The position numbers and the translations under genes are program-made. Below are positions 61,217 through 64,000 of a DNA stretch of 64,000 nucleotides, piece after piece; position 1 is the first letter of the stretch; each line of letters opens with the position of its first letter. The DNA lies in the IMG/VR virus record IMGVR_UViG_3300020473_002200, positions 124,265 to 188,264 of that record; one strand, written 5' to 3'. The DNA is from a virus. The notes below the pieces were generated by a model. That model had not been told where the DNA came from. It saw only the letters and a program-made list of their open reading frames with translations, and made no database searches.

Positions 61217-61289
61217 GGGCTGCTGGCGCAATTGGTAGCGCATCGGACTTTTAATCCGCTGGTTCCGGGTTCGAGTCCCGGGCAGCCCA
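61217..61289 (+). tRNA. tRNA-Lys(TTT)
   Basis: Cloverleaf, loop CTTTTAA. Confidence 0.92.
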
Positions 61290-61296
61290 CTATTTC

Positions 61297-61370
<74 letters not shown>

Positions 61371-61736
61371 TAACTAAAAAGAGAGAAGGTATACAATGCC
61401 ACAGTTAAGAATTAGAGATGTAAAAGAAGAGTTAGACGGAACGAATAAGAGGCTTGATAAAATCAGGAATGCAGTCTATGTACTTGCTATTGCTCAACTC
61501 GGTCTTATTGCTTATTTATTGTCTAGTGTGTTGTCACAATGAGTTTAGACGTACTTGGGGATATAATTCTCGCGCTAGGTATTATCGTAGGCATGGGGAT
61601 CTTTATAAGGTGTAATTGCGATTACTTACCTAGAGAGGAAAAGATAGATGATTGATTTTTTGGTTAATGTATCTACTTTGGGTTTAGCTATTTTTATAGG
61701 CTCTGTTGCATTTGATTATTGGCGAAAGCACCGAAG

Positions 61737-62045
61737 ATGAGTGATCTCCCAAAGCTGGTTAGGAATAAGATCCCTGAGATTATTGCAGAATCTAACAGGG
61801 GTTGCTCATATAGGATTGCCTCTCGTGAGGAAATGAGGTTATTATTATTTAATAAGCTTAAAGAAGAGAGCGAAGAATTTCTGGAAAAACCGTGCGTAGA
61901 AGAAGCAGCAGATATATATGAAGTTTTTCTTGCTATTTTGTCTCATTGGGATATAGATTTTTCTGATGTAATAAACCACTCATATTATAAAAGAGATGAG
62001 CGCGGTGGTTTTTCCAATGGCGTTATTTTAGAAAGTGTTGATTAA
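61737..62045 (+). CDS. MazG-like NTP pyrophosphohydrolase
   Basis: KLVRNKIPEII, KLKEESEEF, EEAADIYEV, KR.ERGGF. Confidence 0.85.
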   Translation: MSDLPKLVRNKIPEIIAESNRGCSYRIASREEMRLLLFNKLKEESEEFLEKPCVEEAADIYEVFLAILSHWDIDFSDVINHSYYKRDERGGFSNGVILESVD

Positions 62046-62119
<74 letters not shown>

Positions 62120-62139
62120 CTTTTATTAAGGGATAAACG

Positions 62140-62610
62140 TTGAATATTGGATTAGATTTTCACGACACAGTATCGTATGCTCCTGATTTTTTTAAAGAGT
62201 TAACTAAAGGGTGGGCTGGTAAAGTTTATATTGTTACCGGTACTCCTCCCTCTAAACGAAATGAAGTATTTGAAGATTTAGAGAAGCTAGGGTTTATAGA
62301 GGGCGAAGATTACGAAGACATTTTGTGTGGTTTTGAATATGAAAAGAAAGATATGGGTTTAGAGCATTTTGAAAAGATGGCTTATCATAAATTGAGTCTT
62401 CTTAAGAGATATAATATTACGGTCTTTTTTGATGATAATCCGTACTATGTTAATCTCATGAAAGATTATGACATTCAAGTGTTTCAACCTATTATGGGGA
62501 AGAAATATCTAAAGGCCTTTAAGAAAGCTGATCCATTTTTTACATGTAATCTTCAAAAAATGCAATTTGATTACTTGGAAGAGTTGAAGAATAAGAAGAT
62601 GAAGAAATGA
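62140..62610 (+). CDS. HAD-superfamily phosphatase
   Basis: IGLDFHDTV, IVTG, FFDDN. Confidence 0.75.
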   Translation: MNIGLDFHDTVSYAPDFFKELTKGWAGKVYIVTGTPPSKRNEVFEDLEKLGFIEGEDYEDILCGFEYEKKDMGLEHFEKMAYHKLSLLKRYNITVFFDDNPYYVNLMKDYDIQVFQPIMGKKYLKAFKKADPFFTCNLQKMQFDYLEELKNKKMKK

Positions 62611-62616
62611 TTTTAT

Positions 62617-62698
62617 GGCTGGGTGGTGGAATTGGTATACACAGCAGACTTAAAATCTGCCGCCGCGAGGATTGAGGGTTCGAGTCCCTCCCCAGCTA
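62617..62698 (+). tRNA. tRNA-Leu(TAA)
   Basis: Long variable arm, loop CTTAAAA. Confidence 0.93.
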
Positions 62699-62738
62699 CT
62701 ATTTTGTAAATTCTATAAAATTCATATACAATTAATTT

Positions 62739-63254
62739 ATGAAGGTGTTGCACATATTTGATTTTGATGATACATTAGTGTCGTCAGATTCGAATGTAGT
62801 AATTGATCATGAAGATGGTACAAGATCGATATTATCATCAGACGCTTATGCAACTTATGACGAGCAGCCAGGTGATCAATTAGATTTTAGCGATTTTGAT
62901 AACTACCCTAAAAATGCAGAAATAATAGAAGATGTCTTTGACGAATTATTTTTGGCAATTAATTCTGATGGTATTGAGTCTACAGTTATATTGACAGCCC
63001 GCGGAAACCCTAAACCCGTTAAGCAATTCTTAAATGACAATGGCGTTACCGGTGTGTATGTTCATGCTGTAGGCAGTAGTGATCCGCGTGAGAAAGCCAA
63101 GTACGTTTTATCAAGAATTAAAGACAGCGATATAAAATTAGTTAGGGTCTTTGAAGACAATGCTAGGAATATTAGAGAAATTCGAAAGGTGATTCGTGCC
63201 AATGGGGAAGTAAAATTGCAAACCCATAGAGTTGTAGATGGAGAAATTATTTAA
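62739..63254 (+). CDS. HAD-superfamily phosphatase (RNA-repair-type HAD)
   Basis: IFDFDDTL, ILTARG, VFEDN. Confidence 0.75.
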   Translation: MKVLHIFDFDDTLVSSDSNVVIDHEDGTRSILSSDAYATYDEQPGDQLDFSDFDNYPKNAEIIEDVFDELFLAINSDGIESTVILTARGNPKPVKQFLNDNGVTGVYVHAVGSSDPREKAKYVLSRIKDSDIKLVRVFEDNARNIREIRKVIRANGEVKLQTHRVVDGEII

Positions 63255-63287
63255 TCTCGATTATATTTTTTTTATATTTAAAGATAG

Positions 63288-63839
63288 ATGAAAAAAGTTT
63301 TCTTTACCATCCTTGCCCTTCTATTAACGTCATCGGCGTTTTCATATCCTCTGAATATAGACGTAGCTAAAGAATATAAGATACCACTTGAGATTGAAAA
63401 TTTTAGATATTGGTATGGTGATATTGAATATGGATATCTTATCTATTTGGGGAAAGAAGACGTTGCTGGATTCGAGACTGAACTACATCTCTATTTTTTA
63501 AAAAAGAAAATTTCGAAATCTATAATGATTTTGGGACCAGCTGGGCTTGATAGCATGAATTGTCTTAGAAAATATAGGGATGTACTGAATCTCCTCAATA
63601 AAAAGTATGGGCATTTTACATATCAAAGATCAACGAAGGATCCCATAATAGATGACTTAGTAACTGCAGATGTTTGTACGCCTGTTCGTGTCGGTTTGCG
63701 TACAATAGACACCTATTGGAAGTCTAAAAAATTTCAAATCATAGCAACGTTGTTAGGTGATGAAGAAGGAATCTATATAGAGATAGAATATATTTTTGAT
63801 AAGCGCTCTCCTAAAAATAAGCTTAAAAAAATACTGTGA
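63288..63839 (+). CDS. Secreted hypothetical protein
   Basis: Signal peptide (SAFS). Confidence 0.5.
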   Translation: MKKVFFTILALLLTSSAFSYPLNIDVAKEYKIPLEIENFRYWYGDIEYGYLIYLGKEDVAGFETELHLYFLKKKISKSIMILGPAGLDSMNCLRKYRDVLNLLNKKYGHFTYQRSTKDPIIDDLVTADVCTPVRVGLRTIDTYWKSKKFQIIATLLGDEEGIYIEIEYIFDKRSPKNKLKKIL

Positions 63840-64000
63840 TGGCTAAAATGACAAAGAAAAAGCTTCAAAAAAAAATTATAAAAAAGATGAAAAAGATCAA
63901 TAAACTCCAAGAAGAAATTTATTGGTTAGCAAAAAAAAGAGATAAACTTTTTAAAAATACCCCACCAAAATCGTGCAATTCTTCTGCCAATAGTGTATAA
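63839..64000 (+). CDS. Small basic hypothetical protein (53 aa)
   Basis: TGATG coupling; stop codon at the window end. Confidence 0.35.
   Translation: MAKMTKKKLQKKIIKKMKKINKLQEEIYWLAKKRDKLFKNTPPKSCNSSANSV

Overview
AT-rich, gene-dense segment, almost entirely on the + strand. It is most consistent with a large (jumbo) bacteriophage genome: many hypothetical ORFs, ATGA/TAATG translational coupling, a phage-type sigma70, T4 Rnl1-like ligase, tail-fibre-like genes, SLT, eight tRNA or tRNA-like genes and many host-derived metabolic genes. No capsid or terminase hallmark gene is recognisable in this window. A CglF/GltF-like protein, a Cys-rich-repeat vWA lipoprotein and a YfhL-type ferredoxin suggest a Myxococcota/Bradymonadia-like host (inference). 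The most striking feature is a ~12 kb translationally coupled array (20.6-32.3 kb) of unrelated cargo domains: ADP-ribosyltransferase-like, (p)ppGpp-hydrolase-like, GNAT-like and nuclease-like. Most carry a shared N-terminal leader (MKLLREYIRELLxE or MKITKRQLRRIIxE) ending in an (L/I)-x-E site. The leader is also a conserved DNA repeat, and a ferredoxin gene is bracketed by two identical 22-bp copies of it. This suggests a recombination-swappable array of virion-packaged effectors. Other candidates are a split sigma70, a GTGYAA-N17-TATAAT promoter family, a structured intergenic RNA, a tRNA-Ile(UAU)-like gene and a tRNA-repair module. All family assignments come from motif recognition by eye; no database searches were run.
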